A stretch of DNA of 52,956 bases, counting the filler, from Bipalium vagum (Eukaryota): assembly GCA_037834085.1 (NCBI GenBank). It is 3 parts of 3 records of this genome, joined end to end, with 100 filler letters (N's around TTAATTAATTAA, not from the genome) between each part and the next. Parts side by side here need not be neighbours in the genome. Positions count along the whole stretch, not along the records: positions 35,496 to 52,956 come from JBBMKC010064464.1; 2 more parts are not named here. One strand, given 5' to 3'. The position numbers were made by a program, and so were the translations under genes. Shown here piece after piece: positions 35,496 to 50,200 of the stretch. Within the stretch, counting starts at the first letter, position 1, and every line of letters starts with the position of its first letter. A model generated the notes under the pieces. It had not been told where the DNA came from. It did not search any database and saw only the letters and a list, made by a program, of their open reading frames with translations.

Positions 35496-36727
35496 TATAA
35501 TAAAAAATAAAAAAGCTATACTTGTTTTTCTTCTTTCATTTTATTTCCGAAAATATCGCACGCACCCTGTATTTATTTTCATTTATTATTTCTCCTCGCT
35601 AATATTCTCTAGAAAAGATAAACTTTTTGAAATCAAAATTTATAAAAATATTAATTACAATTTTTATTATTTGTAATAATAAAAGATGGAGTTCTCAATT
35701 ATTTCTAATAATATTTTAATTAATTTATAGTTTTTTTAATTAATATTATTTATCATAAAACTATTTATAATGGTTTTTCAGAAGTATATGTAAAATATTA
35801 GAAAATCATAATTATTTTTTTATTTTTAATATTATAAATTAAAATTAATTTTGGTTATCATCTTATTTATCAATAATTTTTTTCATATATTTTTTTACTT
35901 GGTCCTGAAATTCCTCTTAAAATTTAATTCAATCAATAATTTAATTAGAAATTTTATTTAAAAATGAGGACGATTTTTTTAAACAACATTTTAAAAAAAT
36001 TGATAAAAATAGTTTAACATTTTTATCTTTTTACTTTCATTTTTCCTTTAATTATTTATGCCAACTGTCGTCATAAATTTTAAAAAATAATAATAAATAG
36101 ATAAAACATAATTGGGAAAATGTTCAATAAATCAGTTCTGTGAAAATAAATAATAATAAGTTTTGATAGGTTAAATATTTTAATAGTTTAATAATTTAAA
36201 AGCAGTTTTAATTGAATCTACTGGTGAATAATAAATTAATTCGGAAAAATTAATTATTGCACATTATTTATTAATTAATTTAATAGCAACAAAATCTATT
36301 TAATGATTATTTAATTAAAAAGAAAACCATTACTTGTCTTCAATTCCTAAACAAAATTGAGTAAAAATAATTTCCTAAAAATAAATTAAATAAATATTTT
36401 GAATAAAAATAATAAATCAGTATCAGACGAATCTTACTTTATGAATGGAATGAATTAAAACAATCAATTAAGTCATTTAAATTAAAAAAATACAATTCAT
36501 GGTTATAAGGATTTTTTTCAATTATCTAAAATTTTTATCTCAATGAAATAATGTGAATGTAATTTTTAATTATCTTTCTTTTTCAGGAGAATTTTTCTGC
36601 AAATAATTATTTAATAAAATGACTTAGAAGGCATTAATTGAAGGAGTTATATTTGATAAATGTTATAATAAAAAGATAAAGGCAATAAAAAGGATTTGTA
36701 TTTGTGAAATATATTGAAAATTAGTCG

Positions 36728-36799
36728 GGGGATGTAGCTCAGCGGTCAGAGCAGTGTATGCGCATGTGAAGGTCCCGGGTTCGAATTCCGGTACTTCCG
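36728..36799 (+). tRNA. tRNA-Ala-like pseudogene or tRNA-derived SINE head
   Basis: GGGGATGTAGCTCAGCGG (A box) ... GGTCCCGGGTTCGAATTCCGG (B box/T arm); anticodon arm around CGC does not pair properly and the acceptor stem has a mismatch. Confidence 0.6.
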
Positions 36800-37049
36800 A
36801 TTAATTTTCACTAACAGTATTTATTGTATTTTTAGAAAAAAATCATCCGTGGTGAAAATAAAATGATTGGGTGCTCTATTTAATAAATGATGCTCTATTT
36901 ATTAATATTAAAAGAAATTTACTTTATTTCTTATTATTTTATTTATTTAAAGAAATGGTTACAATCTAAATACAGTGAAATCTGTATCGAAAAAACAACA
37001 CTTAGAAAATCTGGTCTCTTCTCTATAGACTTTCAAAGGAACCGAAGTA

Positions 37050-38480
37050 TAATAAAACAATTAAAAGAAGTACGATAAATTAAAGAATAAAGGTGTTTAT
37101 TATTCACATAATACGCGGCACAGTTCCAATGTCGTGTGACGAAGTCGAGCATCATTTCGTATTGTAAGAGTTCTGTTAGAAGTTCATTTATAGAATAAGA
37201 CTGTCTCATGCAGTTATAAATATTATGTGACCCATATCCTAATATATTTTTGAGAAAAGATCTTTGAATTGTAAAGTTTCTGTTTCATCTATTGGGCCTC
37301 TTTCACCTTTATTCACCTTACTTGTAAAATATTATGCCGTTTTTTAAATTGTTGCGAGCATTTGACATATGTGGTAAAATGTGAGAAGTTTGATCTTTCA
37401 GGTAACTTGGTTTAAAAATATAATCAGTCATAGTAATATGTTTCTTCAAACGAACCCTCAACAACGTTTTAGTTGACAATCAATTTTTTTTCTAGAAAGA
37501 ACATCTTATTCTTTTAATCTCTTCGTTCTTGGTTGTTTTAGTTTCCATAACATTAAACATTTTTAAAATGTAGTTATTAGAGGAAGAGAAAATTCAAATT
37601 GAGACCTTAATTGTCTTTGGTTATACATTGGATTGATTTGGTGAAACGAAATTACTTGTTGTTTTTCTTTTAACAAATACGTTTTTCTATGGTTTCTAAA
37701 TACTAAATTTTCATTATTTTATGAAACGCCAATGTTGAGCAATCTGAGAGATAACATGGCAGCGAATAGAATATACTTCATTACTACATCACCATATAAA
37801 CAAAACGATAAGAAAGTCTTTGAAAAAAAAAACACAATAAAAGAATAGCGCTCAAGAAATGGTTGAGGTATCTACAAATTTGTCAATACCAGGTAAGTTT
37901 TTCTTGAGATTGAGATAACATTTTATTTATAAAACAAATTTGTCGTACACAAGGCTCATAAATTAAATAAACAAGCACAAGTGCCATAGGTTTGATCAAA
38001 GTCAACAGGATTCTTCATATGTCACTTTGGATCATTAGAATTGATACTGATCTCCATCACTAAATTTCATTGTTAATCAATGATCTCTTTGCAATTCATG
38101 GGTATTCAAACTTTACTTTTTGCGAGGTTCTTTGTATTTCAACTGCATTTCTTAGATTTCAGAACACCATATTTTTTCGTAAAGATTATTTGCACCACTA
38201 GAAAGTTAGAATGTCACATCAGATCAGAAAACCTTTTCCATAAAATTTTATTAATTTTCACATGTCACCCATCAGGCTACAGAGTTATCTTTACTCAATT
38301 CATACAGGACTCTAACATTTTAGGTACAAATACAATGTTTAGCTAAGCCTTTTAGTTAAGACTCAATTATATAGAGACAGCACTTGAATCGATGACATTT
38401 GGACTCTCTGGTTTCAGATTCAGAAGATATTTCAGATTCTTTTGTTAATCAGAGCAACCTTTTGTTAAAATCGGCGCTTT
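37050..38480 (-). mobile_element. Possible heavily decayed LTR retrotransposon
   Basis: Coding-like composition broken by stops; no clean motif. Confidence 0.25.
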
Positions 38481-39699
38481 ATTTTGTTTATATTTTTTTC
38501 TGTTTCTCTTTCAATAAAATACTGAAAAAAACCTTTCTAACGTTCTGCAATTTTAAATGTGAAATGTGAAATGGAAAATATAAAGACAAGATCAACGAAA
38601 GATGTCTACTCGAAATTATATTGACCTTCAGAACCTTTGGCAATTATGTTAATTCATCAAAAAAATTATTTTCTATTTTTTATTGTCTTCATACGGATGA
38701 AATCTTAGAAATCGTTGTGATATAAATTAATAAAAGTATAAAAATTGATTATATAAAAATAAAAAGTAACAATTTCAGCTTCAACGTAATGAATAGGAAT
38801 TTTAATGAATTTCGGTTCAGGACCGAAGTTTGTTTGCACAATTCTCCTGGATTGTAAGGTATACACAAATTGGTGGGTCCCACGCTGCGGACCCCCGAGA
38901 ATATTTTATTTACATTTAGCGTTAGTTTATCCCGTTATTTTAAATATGATACAAATTCTGAAATATTTTATCATCAATTATCCCAAAGAGGAATTTGAAG
39001 ATTTGATAAAGATAAGTTGTATAAGGAAACAGAGACAAAATGTCGTAATTAAAATATTGTATAAAATGTTTTAGATAATTACTTGTTTCACAATTTGTTT
39101 TCATTAAATTGGACTTAAATTGGTAATTTAAACAAATATCATAAATACGTATTTTACAATTTTTAATAAATTTTGGCTTTCCGAAAAATACTTGTTTGGT
39201 TATCGAATTAACAAATTTTTTCATCCATTTAAGTCACATTAAATATTTATAATTTTAATCATTATTTCATTTATCATTATTTTAAAATTGTTTTAATGAA
39301 TCAAATAATATTAAATAATTTTGAACATTTTAAAACTTATGGTGTGAGCATACGTACTTGAGTTCGGTTTTTTATGTAGTGATTTGATTTCTCTTTCAAT
39401 AGATCATCAGTAATGGTCATTCTTCTTTCATTGTTCTTTTCAACAAAGAATTTCAGGAATACTTTAATTCTAATAATATTTGGTTTTGTTTTTCGTTTTC
39501 TGTCATTTACATTGTGTTATTTATACAGAGATTTGGAGCATTTACATATCTCCGAAACATATCAAAATGGAATAGTCTTCTTAAATAAGTATTGACATTT
39601 TGGCGATATCTTCGTATACTGAATTTGGATAATTCTTCTTATATGCAGTAATTTTATTTTTTCAGATTTTTCACATATTTATGGTGATATTTAAACCAC

Positions 39700-39930
39700 C
39701 TATACTTCGACTGCCTCTGCCATATCTTTAAGTTTCTTTGGTTTTCTTGTATAAACTTTTTTCTTTTGATATCACCAAAGAAATCAATTGGGAATATATC
39801 TGGTTATCTCGCTGTCCAATAGAATAGTCCCCTATATCAACCCACATTCAGTGGAATGTGCTGTTCAAAAAATGTCTTATTTCAAGCGACTAATAAGCAG
39901 GGGCTCCATCACGTTTAAAATCCTTTTTTA
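39700..39930 (-). mobile_element. rosa-like Tc1/mariner relic
   Basis: DGAPAY...RHFLNSTF...WTAR*PDIFPIDFF...KVYTRKP. Confidence 0.65.
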
Positions 39931-41019
39931 TCTTGTACTCTGATAAATTTACTTTTTACACAGCCCATATAATTCCCAAATAAATTAATATCATTAATTT
40001 TTAATTTTTTGTTTAAGTTAGGCGATTTATAAACCTTTCTAAGTTTTTTTAAAATATTAATCATTTTTAATAAATATCTTTAAAAAAATAAAATTTAATT
40101 TAATTACAAAACTACTAAAAATAATAATAATAAGTATATGAAAATTATACGGTTTTTTATTATTTGTATATTTTTTGTTTTAATTAAAAAACTTTATGAA
40201 ATTATATATTTATATATATTTTTGTATATTTTTATATATTTTATATTTTAAAAAGATTAATAAATTTACTTATAATAATTATTATTATTATAATTTTTTA
40301 AGTTAAAAATTATTTTTTTTATGACAAATAAATGAGATTTGTATATTAAAATTAAATTAATTCAACAAATTATTTTTAAATCAGGATTATCATAAAATCT
40401 AGATGAGATCAATTTAATTTTTAAATTTTAATAGTAAAATAAATGAAATTTCTCTAGACAATCTATATATCGAATTTTCAATATTTCTTGAATTTAATCA
40501 TTGGTGAATAATTTAAAATAATAAATTCATATAATTTATAGAAATAATAATTTTTTTAATTATTAGAAATTCTTTAATTTAAATTCTTTTTATTTAAATC
40601 TTTTAATTACTGCACCAAAGAGATTATTTTAATGAAAAAGGAAAACTAAAAAATAAAAATAATATATCAAAATAATATAATAATGTAAAATAGGATTAAA
40701 TAAAATTAACATATTTAATACCATAAATTTGATTAATTTCTTTAAAAAGATTAAAATTTTTTATTTTTTATAAATCATTTTAATTTTCTCCATTCTTCAT
40801 TGTTATTTTAATTTTATATAAAAAAAATTTATTGATTTTTGCGTGAATTTAGCTTTTTAGAAAACATTTCTACATGAAATTTATTATTAATATTTAATTT
40901 TCATTTAATAAAAACATTTTTTGAATGATTAATATAAAGATAAAACTTAAACAAGTAAAAGTTTAAAGATTGAACTTCTGTTTGGTGATAATATTTCAAA
41001 CTTTAATATTTATTAAGCA

Positions 41020-41360
41020 CAATTGAAGAGATTGCATGAAGTTATGACAACAAAATATCTTTCTTTAATCAATCGGAAAGTTTTATTACCAGCTGATAAC
41101 TCAAAGTCTCAATTTATTAAATCAGTGACAACTATCAACAGACAACAATAGAATTGAATTATTGACAGATCAGCTGAACTAGCATTATATTGCAGTTTCT
41201 GACTTTCATTTTATTTCGGCCAATGTCATATTTTTTCTGAGAGCGGGGCTTTGAAAATGAAGTTCTTCACTAGGAACTGACAATCTGTTTTTTTTTACTC
41301 CAGAATTACAGAATAGCATAAAACTGGAATCCAGAAGATAGCCCAGTTGTTGTCAAAACG
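41020..41360 (+). mobile_element. mariner relic (catalytic C-terminal part)
   Basis: LKRLHE...LINRKVLLPADNSK...SDFH. Confidence 0.5.
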
Positions 41361-42887
41361 ATTAATTTTATTTTTATTCGTGAATTTTATCTTGTAAAAT
41401 AAAAAGCCTCCGTTGAAACATTTTAACAAAAATTTTCATTTTTTATTGGACAACAAAAAGTTTCTTAAGTTTTAATACAAATACAAAAATACTACTACTA
41501 CTACTAATAATAATAATAATAATTTTTCTAATTTATTTTCAGATATCTTTTTTGATTTTATTTAAAAATATTTTTCTTTTAAAAATAAATTTTCATTAAT
41601 AAAAATATTAAATTAATTTAAATCAAATTGTTCGTGTTAAAAAATTAAAAATCAATAAAAATAAAAGGAAAAAATCTTAAATAATTAAATATTTAAATAT
41701 TTAAGAACATGTCGGATTATTAATTTGTTTAAATCGGAACAGAATGTCAATCAGCAAATATTTGAATCGACCAGCCAAAAATAATTGCAACATATATTTT
41801 AACATTTAAATTAAAATATTAACGATTTTGTTGGAATAAATATTCTTTTTGATCCTGGAATATTTTTCTTTTATTATTTATTATTAACTTTATTATAAAC
41901 AAGTTTTATTTTATACTTATATTAATAATAATTTTCCTTCATTTTACTCCTATTACGTCATTTAGTTCTCTTGTGTCATTTATGGAGGCTTTGAATATTT
42001 CATTATCATACCTCAATCAATTTAGTTATATTGTTACTTTCTTTTATCAGAAAATGCACTTTCCACCTATTATTATATAATGATTTTTCTTGCAAATATC
42101 TGTACTAATTTATTGTCACTTTAACCGATTTTTGCAAGAACCCCTTTCCAAAGTCTGTAGCTAATTCCATCTTAAAATAGAGTTAGAATAAATAATATTT
42201 TCAATTTGATGATTTGATCTCATCGCATATTTTTGAATCGTAAAAATTGGAATAATTAATTTTGAAAAAAGAGAATTACTAAAATAGAGACATATTTTTA
42301 CTGTTATCATAAAACACATTATTTTTCTCTGCCTACCTTCAAAGCGTAATAAAATTTGAAAAAAATTATTATTTATTATTATTATCATTCATTTATTCTT
42401 ATTATTATTGAATGATTTTATTGGAAATTATTACATTTCAATTATAAGATCAATATGATGGTGAATAAATGTATTAATTAATTATTTCTCCTTTTTATTT
42501 ATTTTCTAATATTTGTGTAGTGCCACAAAAATTTATTTCCGCTCCTAAAAATACCACAATATATCCTGCTATATATATAACAGACTTTTTTAACTAGATG
42601 CAAATTTATAAGTTTAGATCTCATTGTGGAGTTTTATCAAAATTTCCTTATGTATGAGATTTAATGAGTTTTAAAATAAAAACTAAGTTAAATTAAACGA
42701 ACGATATTTATTGAAACACTTCTGAAAAAAGGATTTTAAATAGGAAACTAATTTTATAAAAATGAATTGCTAATATTCAATGGTACATCGTGGTTTAATG
42801 ACCTCCGTATGCCTCATCGATCAAACCAACTTTTCATTTTTCAAATCATGCTAATAGTACTCAAAATCATGTGGTCCATGTAGATTA

Positions 42888-44119
42888 TTAGAGCTTATCA
42901 AAAGTATTTCCCATTAAAACAAAATTTATTTAAATATACATAAAAGAAGAATAAAAGATGATTAATCTTCGAAATGTAATTATTTGTTATCAATGACTTT
43001 AACCCATCTGTCTGGTAACTGACAAATCTGTTGAAATACCATTCCTTAGTTTTGGAGGTAAAAAATTCACGTCAAGCCTGTTCAAGCACTCTCATTGTTT
43101 CAAACTGCCGATCCGGAAAAATTGCAGCCACAGAGTGAAAGCAGTTGTAATCTGAACACGCTTAATCTGGTGAGTATGGTGATGTGAAAGTTATTGTACA
43201 TCATCAGTTTTCTGATGTTGAGCTGTAATCAAGTAATGTCGGTGTGCGGGACCATTTTCATGTTGCAACATGAGCGAGTTTTCTGTTTATTAAATATCAA
43301 TAACGTGTCTTAAATATCTCACCATCTTCCAAGTACACTATGTACAATTTAGCTTTCACTGAGGCATTTTTAGGCACCTAAAATTCCACCATACGCTTAA
43401 CAGACAGTTTATTTCAAAACGATTCTTTTTTGGCATTGGCAAAGGCTTTTTCGCAACAAACACATGTTTTTCTGTCATATTAGTGAAAAAATATCAATTT
43501 CTAATCTCCAATCATGGTTTGTCAATAAAGACCACTAAAAAGTATTTTCTAGCAATCGTTAGCAAATAAACGTTCTGTGATCAGCTTGTAAAATTATTTA
43601 TTTATTTTGATCTTCTTATGATACTTTCTTAGAAAATCCACGTGTCTATTTACAGTATCATTAGATTGTCCAAGTGCTACTGATAAAAGTTTCGTGCTAT
43701 TATGTAGACCCTTTACCACAATTATATGTAAATCTTTGTCGTCCATCAAGGATTGGCGGGCGAAAGAAGGTGTATCCCATATTAATATATCTTCATAGTT
43801 GAAGCATTTAAACCAATTAAAGATGTTGTTCTTGTAACTATCAATCAATCTTTTAATGAACTTATTTCTTCAACTGCAGCATTGGCACTGATGACTTTGT
43901 TCCATAGGTATCTTAAAATGATTCGAATTGTAGTTGTTTTATCATTCATAACATACCAACAAATACTAAGTAAAAAGTAAATGAAACCTTAAATTAAATA
44001 TTAAAATTAATTCTGCAAATAAATTGATATATTCAAATGTATTGATTTATTTATTATCTATTTAAAATATTTAAGCTATTAAATAGATACCATTATAGGA
44101 AAATACTTGATACACTTAT
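42888..44119 (-). mobile_element. mariner relic, near full length
   Basis: MNDKTTTIRIILRYLWNK..A...; PYSPD*ACSDY; EFFTSKTKEW..LPDRWVKVIDN; imperfect TIRs. Confidence 0.75.
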
Positions 44120-46294
44120 AATTTTCTACTTTTCAACCAATATTACATCTTCCCATTAATTCTCCAAATTCGCTTTATATTTAGGCCAGAGTAGTACTTT
44201 TTCTTGTTGTACCCTTAGTTTGAGTTTTACTTTCAGATTTTTGAACATCATAGTCTCAATCATTCTAATTGATTCCTTTGAAACTAAATTTTAATTTTGT
44301 ATATCTTCAAGACAGACTGCTTTATTATTTGTTTCTCAGACAAACACAATTTTGTTCTACTAGAGACATTTTCCTTCGACAACTTGTTTTTTTTTCAATT
44401 CCAATATTCTTGAAGTAATATCAGATCGAGCTCTCATACTCTTAGAGTTTTATTAAACTTCTAAAAAATATTGATCGGAAATTGAATTCATAACTTAAGA
44501 AAAACTTTATCAACATTATTAATTTAATACTTATATAATTAATAAATAATTGATTTTAATTTTAAATACTTATTGATTAAAATGATATTTTTATTTGTTT
44601 TAAGGAAAAAACATATATTTTTTAAAGATTTTATAACTTTTGAACATTTCTATTTACATATGTTACGGATTTTAATTTGATTTATTTTTTCGTGCAGCAT
44701 TTTTATATTTTATATTTATATTTGCAATATTCACCAATATAATATTCAAGCACCCATTAATGTATTTCTGTCGGGAACTTCTTTTATTTTTCGGGACTAT
44801 GTACGACCAAGAAAAACTTTATTACCGAATTAAAAATAAAAACTGAAATGTAAGAAGAATTAACCCATAAATTTAATTAAAATTATAAAAAAAATCAACT
44901 GTTCATAACAAAACTCCTGGAGAATTTTTTTTGTTGATGCAATATTTACAAGAGAATATCCTGAAATGAATTTTATGTTATTAACAAAATAAAAATTCAT
45001 TCAATTATTATTAATAAAATATACATGAGATTTAAAAAATAATAATAACATTTGTCAAATTTTCTCATAATACTCTTATGAACACTTTTTTTTAATATTT
45101 GCTTTAATATATTTGTTTTAATATATTGTTTTTAAAATTAATTTTCAAATAAAACTGATGGTGTTTAAATGCAAATGTTAATTTGTTAATTTAATACTTT
45201 GTTTCTAATCAATAATTGGATAGCTATTTAATTAATTCTCGATTAAAATTTATTAAATAATATCATTTTATAATTAACAAATGTGTAGCGCTCCTATAAT
45301 TTATTTACAAATAAAAATGAACATTAATTTAAAAACGAAATTAAATTATCTGACAGATTTGTTTTACTGAGTACCATTCCCAATTTAATTAATTTAATAA
45401 TAATAATATTATTATTACTCATGAAATCTCTAATCCACGTTTTATAATAATTATATTTAGAGAAAATGTTTGGAATTATTTTTCTCCTTAAAAATAGTAA
45501 TATTTTGTTAGACTATTTTGTTGAGAAAGGAAAACCCAGTGAAATGATAATAGCATGCAATATAACACCATCAATTAAAATATAAAGAAAATCTTTAATA
45601 ATTATTACATTGACATCAATAAAGTCTTCGAACAGAATCTCATATTCGTTAACTAATTACGTCTTTTAAGAATTAAATAAAATTATTTTATATATAATTT
45701 AGAAATTTAATAGAATATATTGTTTCATTAAGTCAGACTCCTTTGTAAAAAAAATATATTTTTTTACAAAAAAAAATTTTTTTTTCATTTAATAATGTTA
45801 TTATAAGGGTGAATTTTTCGTCCTTTTTATATTTTCCCGATAATAAAAAGGCGATTTAATTATTGTTAATTTTAAAATTTCAAAGCCTGTATAACGAGAA
45901 AGAGAAATAAAATAGCAATTGGATTTTCTTATATGATTATATATTTTATAATTATTTTCCCGTTAATTAATAACTATTTTTAGAGTGGTTAAATAAAATG
46001 TTCTGATTTCCTTTCTCTTTTTTTATAAAAAAAACAATATATTTACCGCTCTGAATCTTCGTCAAATAAAGTTCCGTTAAAGTGAATAAAAACGTTTGAT
46101 AAGAATATAGAATAATTAAAATAAATATACGTCATTATTAAAACAAATATGAATATTTATAAAATAAAATTTAAAATGAATATTTGACAGTTAAACAATT
46201 GACAATCAATAACACTTTGATATAGGGCGCAAAAATGGTGTTTTAAAAATAAATAAAATAAAATGAAAAACATTTATTTTAACTTAACAAAGTA

Positions 46295-46705
46295 AGTTGT
46301 CATTACACTGGATAACATGTTCTGAATGTTTTACCAACTTCCAGCATTCTTCTTGCATTATAGTGGGGGCCAGAGTATTGACCAATTGGTTGATAAATTT
46401 CTCTGACTTGCAAAAATTTTTCAAATATCGTGTTTCGGCGATAGGTTACATATTTTTTGAACACAAAGCGATCTACCAGATTGAGATCAAGTGAGTAATC
46501 ATTTTGTATAATAATCTAATGCCAGCAGTGCGGAATAAGAAAGACGTTCTTTGGGATCTTCGGGAATTCGTAGACTCAAATTTTCTAACGCGTTTTTCAC
46601 AAAACCCATGTATGTTTCATCGTTGATACATTGACCATATTCAAGTAATTTAAAGTAAAATACGCCATGAAAGTGCAGACGATAATCAGATGAAACTTTT
46701 TTGAA
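46295..46705 (-). mobile_element. Tc1/mariner-like relic
   Basis: GVFYFKLLEYGQCINDETY; YSLDLNLVDRFVF. Confidence 0.55.
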
Positions 46706-46940
46706 ATATTATCTCTTCATAAATTATATATTTTATAAATAAATTAAAATCAATAAAATAAAAATAATAAATAATATTATTATATTTACAAATATGTAAT
46801 ATGAATGTAATATTTAATATAATGATGATGATATTTAATTGAATTTCTCTTTCATTTCTTCCTTAAGAATTGCTTTCTGTATATTGTAATTTTCAATTCT
46901 CTTAATAAACAAATTAATTAATACAGCGTACTTTGTTTAG

Positions 46941-47254
46941 AAATCTCCAAATTTATCAATTGAGAGCAACAGCTTGTACTGTACACGGAACAGTTCGTTG
47001 GTGAATTTATTTGTAAAAACTCCTTTGAAGGATACACTAGCATTTTATCAGGATTCCAGTTGCGAACACTTTAGGGAGGACTGCGATCAATGCCTTACAC
47101 TGGAATGTGGGACAAATCTCTTTATGATTGGTAATGCAAAATTTTTCTCTTGAACTATATAAAAGAAATAAACTCCCTAACATAGTTTTCTCCTTTTTTC
47201 CCCAGTGGAAAGTTATTCTTAAATATAAATATAAAATAAAAAAGAAAGCGTTTG
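46941..47254 (+). CDS. Candidate orphan exons (46941-47130, 47186-47254), Cys-rich peptide of unknown identity
   Basis: AG/GT-bounded 190-nt open frame KSPNLSIESNSLYCTRNSS...CEHFREDCDQCLTLECGTNLFMI, then a 55-nt intron with CTAAC and an in-phase second exon VFSFFPQWKVILKYKYKIKKKAF. Confidence 0.35.
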
Positions 47255-50200
47255 GTATGTGAAAGGAATAATTGGAAAAAGAAATAACTTTCGACTACTC
47301 TCAGAATTGATTCATTAAGAGATAAGTACTTGGAAAGGTAGGGGGAGATCATAACATTTTAATGTAAGAACGTAAAAAAATTCTGTCAAGTAATTTTATA
47401 TTTAATGGTTTTTTATATTTACCATTATGAATAAAAGTAAACAATTTTCAAATTTAAAATATCACATTAATTAAAACAAAAATAGCATTTATACAAATCC
47501 AGTAAAATGTTTGTTAAAATTAATTTTTACCATTGTGTTCATTAGTCAAACAAAAATCGATTTTATTGAAAAATTAATAATTATTAAATATTATTATTAA
47601 TTTAGAAGATATTAGTTAAATAACTTACCGCATTGTTCCGAATATAAGACCTTGCAAATCTATATTTTAACCAGAGCAAAGAAGTCGTTATTAATATTCG
47701 ATAAATTTTGAGTTCATATTAAAGATGAAATCTTTAAAATTTAAATATTACAATTTTATATATTCCTGAAAGATCAAAGTCTTTTTGCAACATTTAAATG
47801 TCGTAGGTAATTGTATTTCTAAATTATAATATAATTATTATTGGATAAAAATTCAATAATGATTTAAAAGTGAAGTTGGAGGGTATAGAGGAATCTGAAA
47901 AAAAAGATGATTTATCTATGGATAATATGTAGGACAAAATACTATAAAACCGGACCACTGAACGTTGTTCAAATATTTCAAATTTTTGAAGTGGATTTAT
48001 CATCAGTTAATGAGATTTAATTAACTTAAACAAAATAATTTTAATGATTTAGGTAATGATTAGTCATTATAAGGTTACAAATTTACTGTTTAATAATAAT
48101 TATAATTTTCATAGCAATTGTTCTCTCTATAAACCAGTTTGTATCTTTAAATATTGAACCACCCTCATATGTACATGTATTTATGTAATATTGCCTTATT
48201 AGGCATTAGATAAAGGAATTTGGAACATTATTTGGTCTTATATTTGGAACATTATAAGTATGGTATTATATTCGGGTTTCACTTTCCTTCAGAAAAATAA
48301 TTTTCCATATATACACCATATTTTCGGAACATTACCGTATTATTTTCAAAAAATTATTTTAAAATAAAAAATGGAATTTCTATACTTTTTCATGCGAATG
48401 TATTCTTGATTTATTTTTTAAATTAAACTTCTTTTTTATAAAAAATCAGGACAGTTGAAAAGAAAATTAAACATTTATCACCGACCAACAAGAACATTCG
48501 GAATGTGAAATAAGAATTGATTAATTTGACTTTCGAAATCCGATACTTCGATGAAAGTACATAAACACGCCCACCAATGAATTACCCGTTGCAAATGTGT
48601 CAGAAATTACTTAAGACTTCATTTAAAACTAACGTGCAATAAGAACGATTGAATGTTAACGTCAATCAAATGATTTTATAGTACAATTAAAACAAAAATG
48701 CCGATTTTAAATTTTATTCTACTGGCAATACATATATATATATATCTAGAAAAATTAAAATAAATTTTAAAAAAATATTTGTCTTATGCTCAGATCAGAT
48801 TAGATTTAGATCAGGTTTTATTGAAATATAAATATTTATAGTTTTTTCTAAAAGCTATACTTTATAATAAACAATTATTTTGTTTGAATTACTATCTTCA
48901 GAATTTCAAATACTTATCAAATTGCAAAAAGGACAATCTTTACATACTATAATATTCAATCTTTATTGCCTGACTTTATTAATAATTAAAATCTGGAAAA
49001 ATAAATAATGTCTGTTTCCATACCAAAATTTAATAACCTTTCTTTCTACTTTCCTTATATTATTTCTAAGTAACTATCAAATTATGGATTTAATTTACTA
49101 AAAAACATATGAGTATAATAATAATAATTTTTATTATTTTTTAAAATTATTGTAAAATTAATTAGAATAAATTTAAACCAATAAAAATAATTTCCTAATA
49201 ATATATATAAATTTCAAATTCGTATAAAATGAAATTATTAAATTGTTTACATTTACATATTTTAATAATAATAATAATAATTTTAATAATAAAATTTAAA
49301 TGTATAAAATAATTTGATTAAACAATTTCTAAATTTTTATATATATACTTATAATAATATTGATTATTTTTCACTTTTTTATTTAATTATTTTTTGTTAT
49401 TCTTTTTATTCTGCGTTAGGTAATAAAATTATTTGCAGTGATAAATATAAAAAAATTCATTTGAATTTATTCAATAAAAAGATTATATTTTCTAAAATAT
49501 ATCTTTAATTCCTTTTCTTTCAAATAATAAACACGAAACAATACCATTAAAGATTTATGTTGCCAAAGCAGTGAAACGGATTACTAAACCCTAACATAGA
49601 TAAATTAATTAAATAAATAAATTGTTTTAATAGAAACAATGAATTTAGTAACTTTTATTTGTTTACTTCACATTTAATATTTTCCTTAAAAGTATTTTTA
49701 AAAAAGTAAAAAATAAATATTCATTAATAATGAAATATTTATAAATTAAAATATTTACCATAAGCTTCGGCGGAAAAATAATATTTTCCACTAAATTTTC
49801 TTAAACCAGTCTGCTGAAATTTCAGAGACAATAAGCGGAGAAAATCTAAACACCGTTATCAAGATTAATCAAAGTCTCAAAATTAAGCAGTTTAGGGAAA
49901 CTTAAAATCTAAAGAGAAACATTATGGGAGAATTGGTAAAGTTTTATCCTACCTTTAAGTTTTAATTAATTTTTTTACGTTCTATCTTTAATCATTTTAT
50001 TTTATTAATATGCACTAATGATTTCGTTTTAATTTTCAATTAAATATGTTCAATTAATTAATCTAATTATCTTTGAGAAAATTTGAAATTGAAATAAAAA
50101 TAATATGATATTAATTGAGTCTGATTTTGATGTCAAAATCATAAAAGTCAATTTATTATAAATATTCTTGTATCAATTAAAACAATAAAATTATTGAAAA

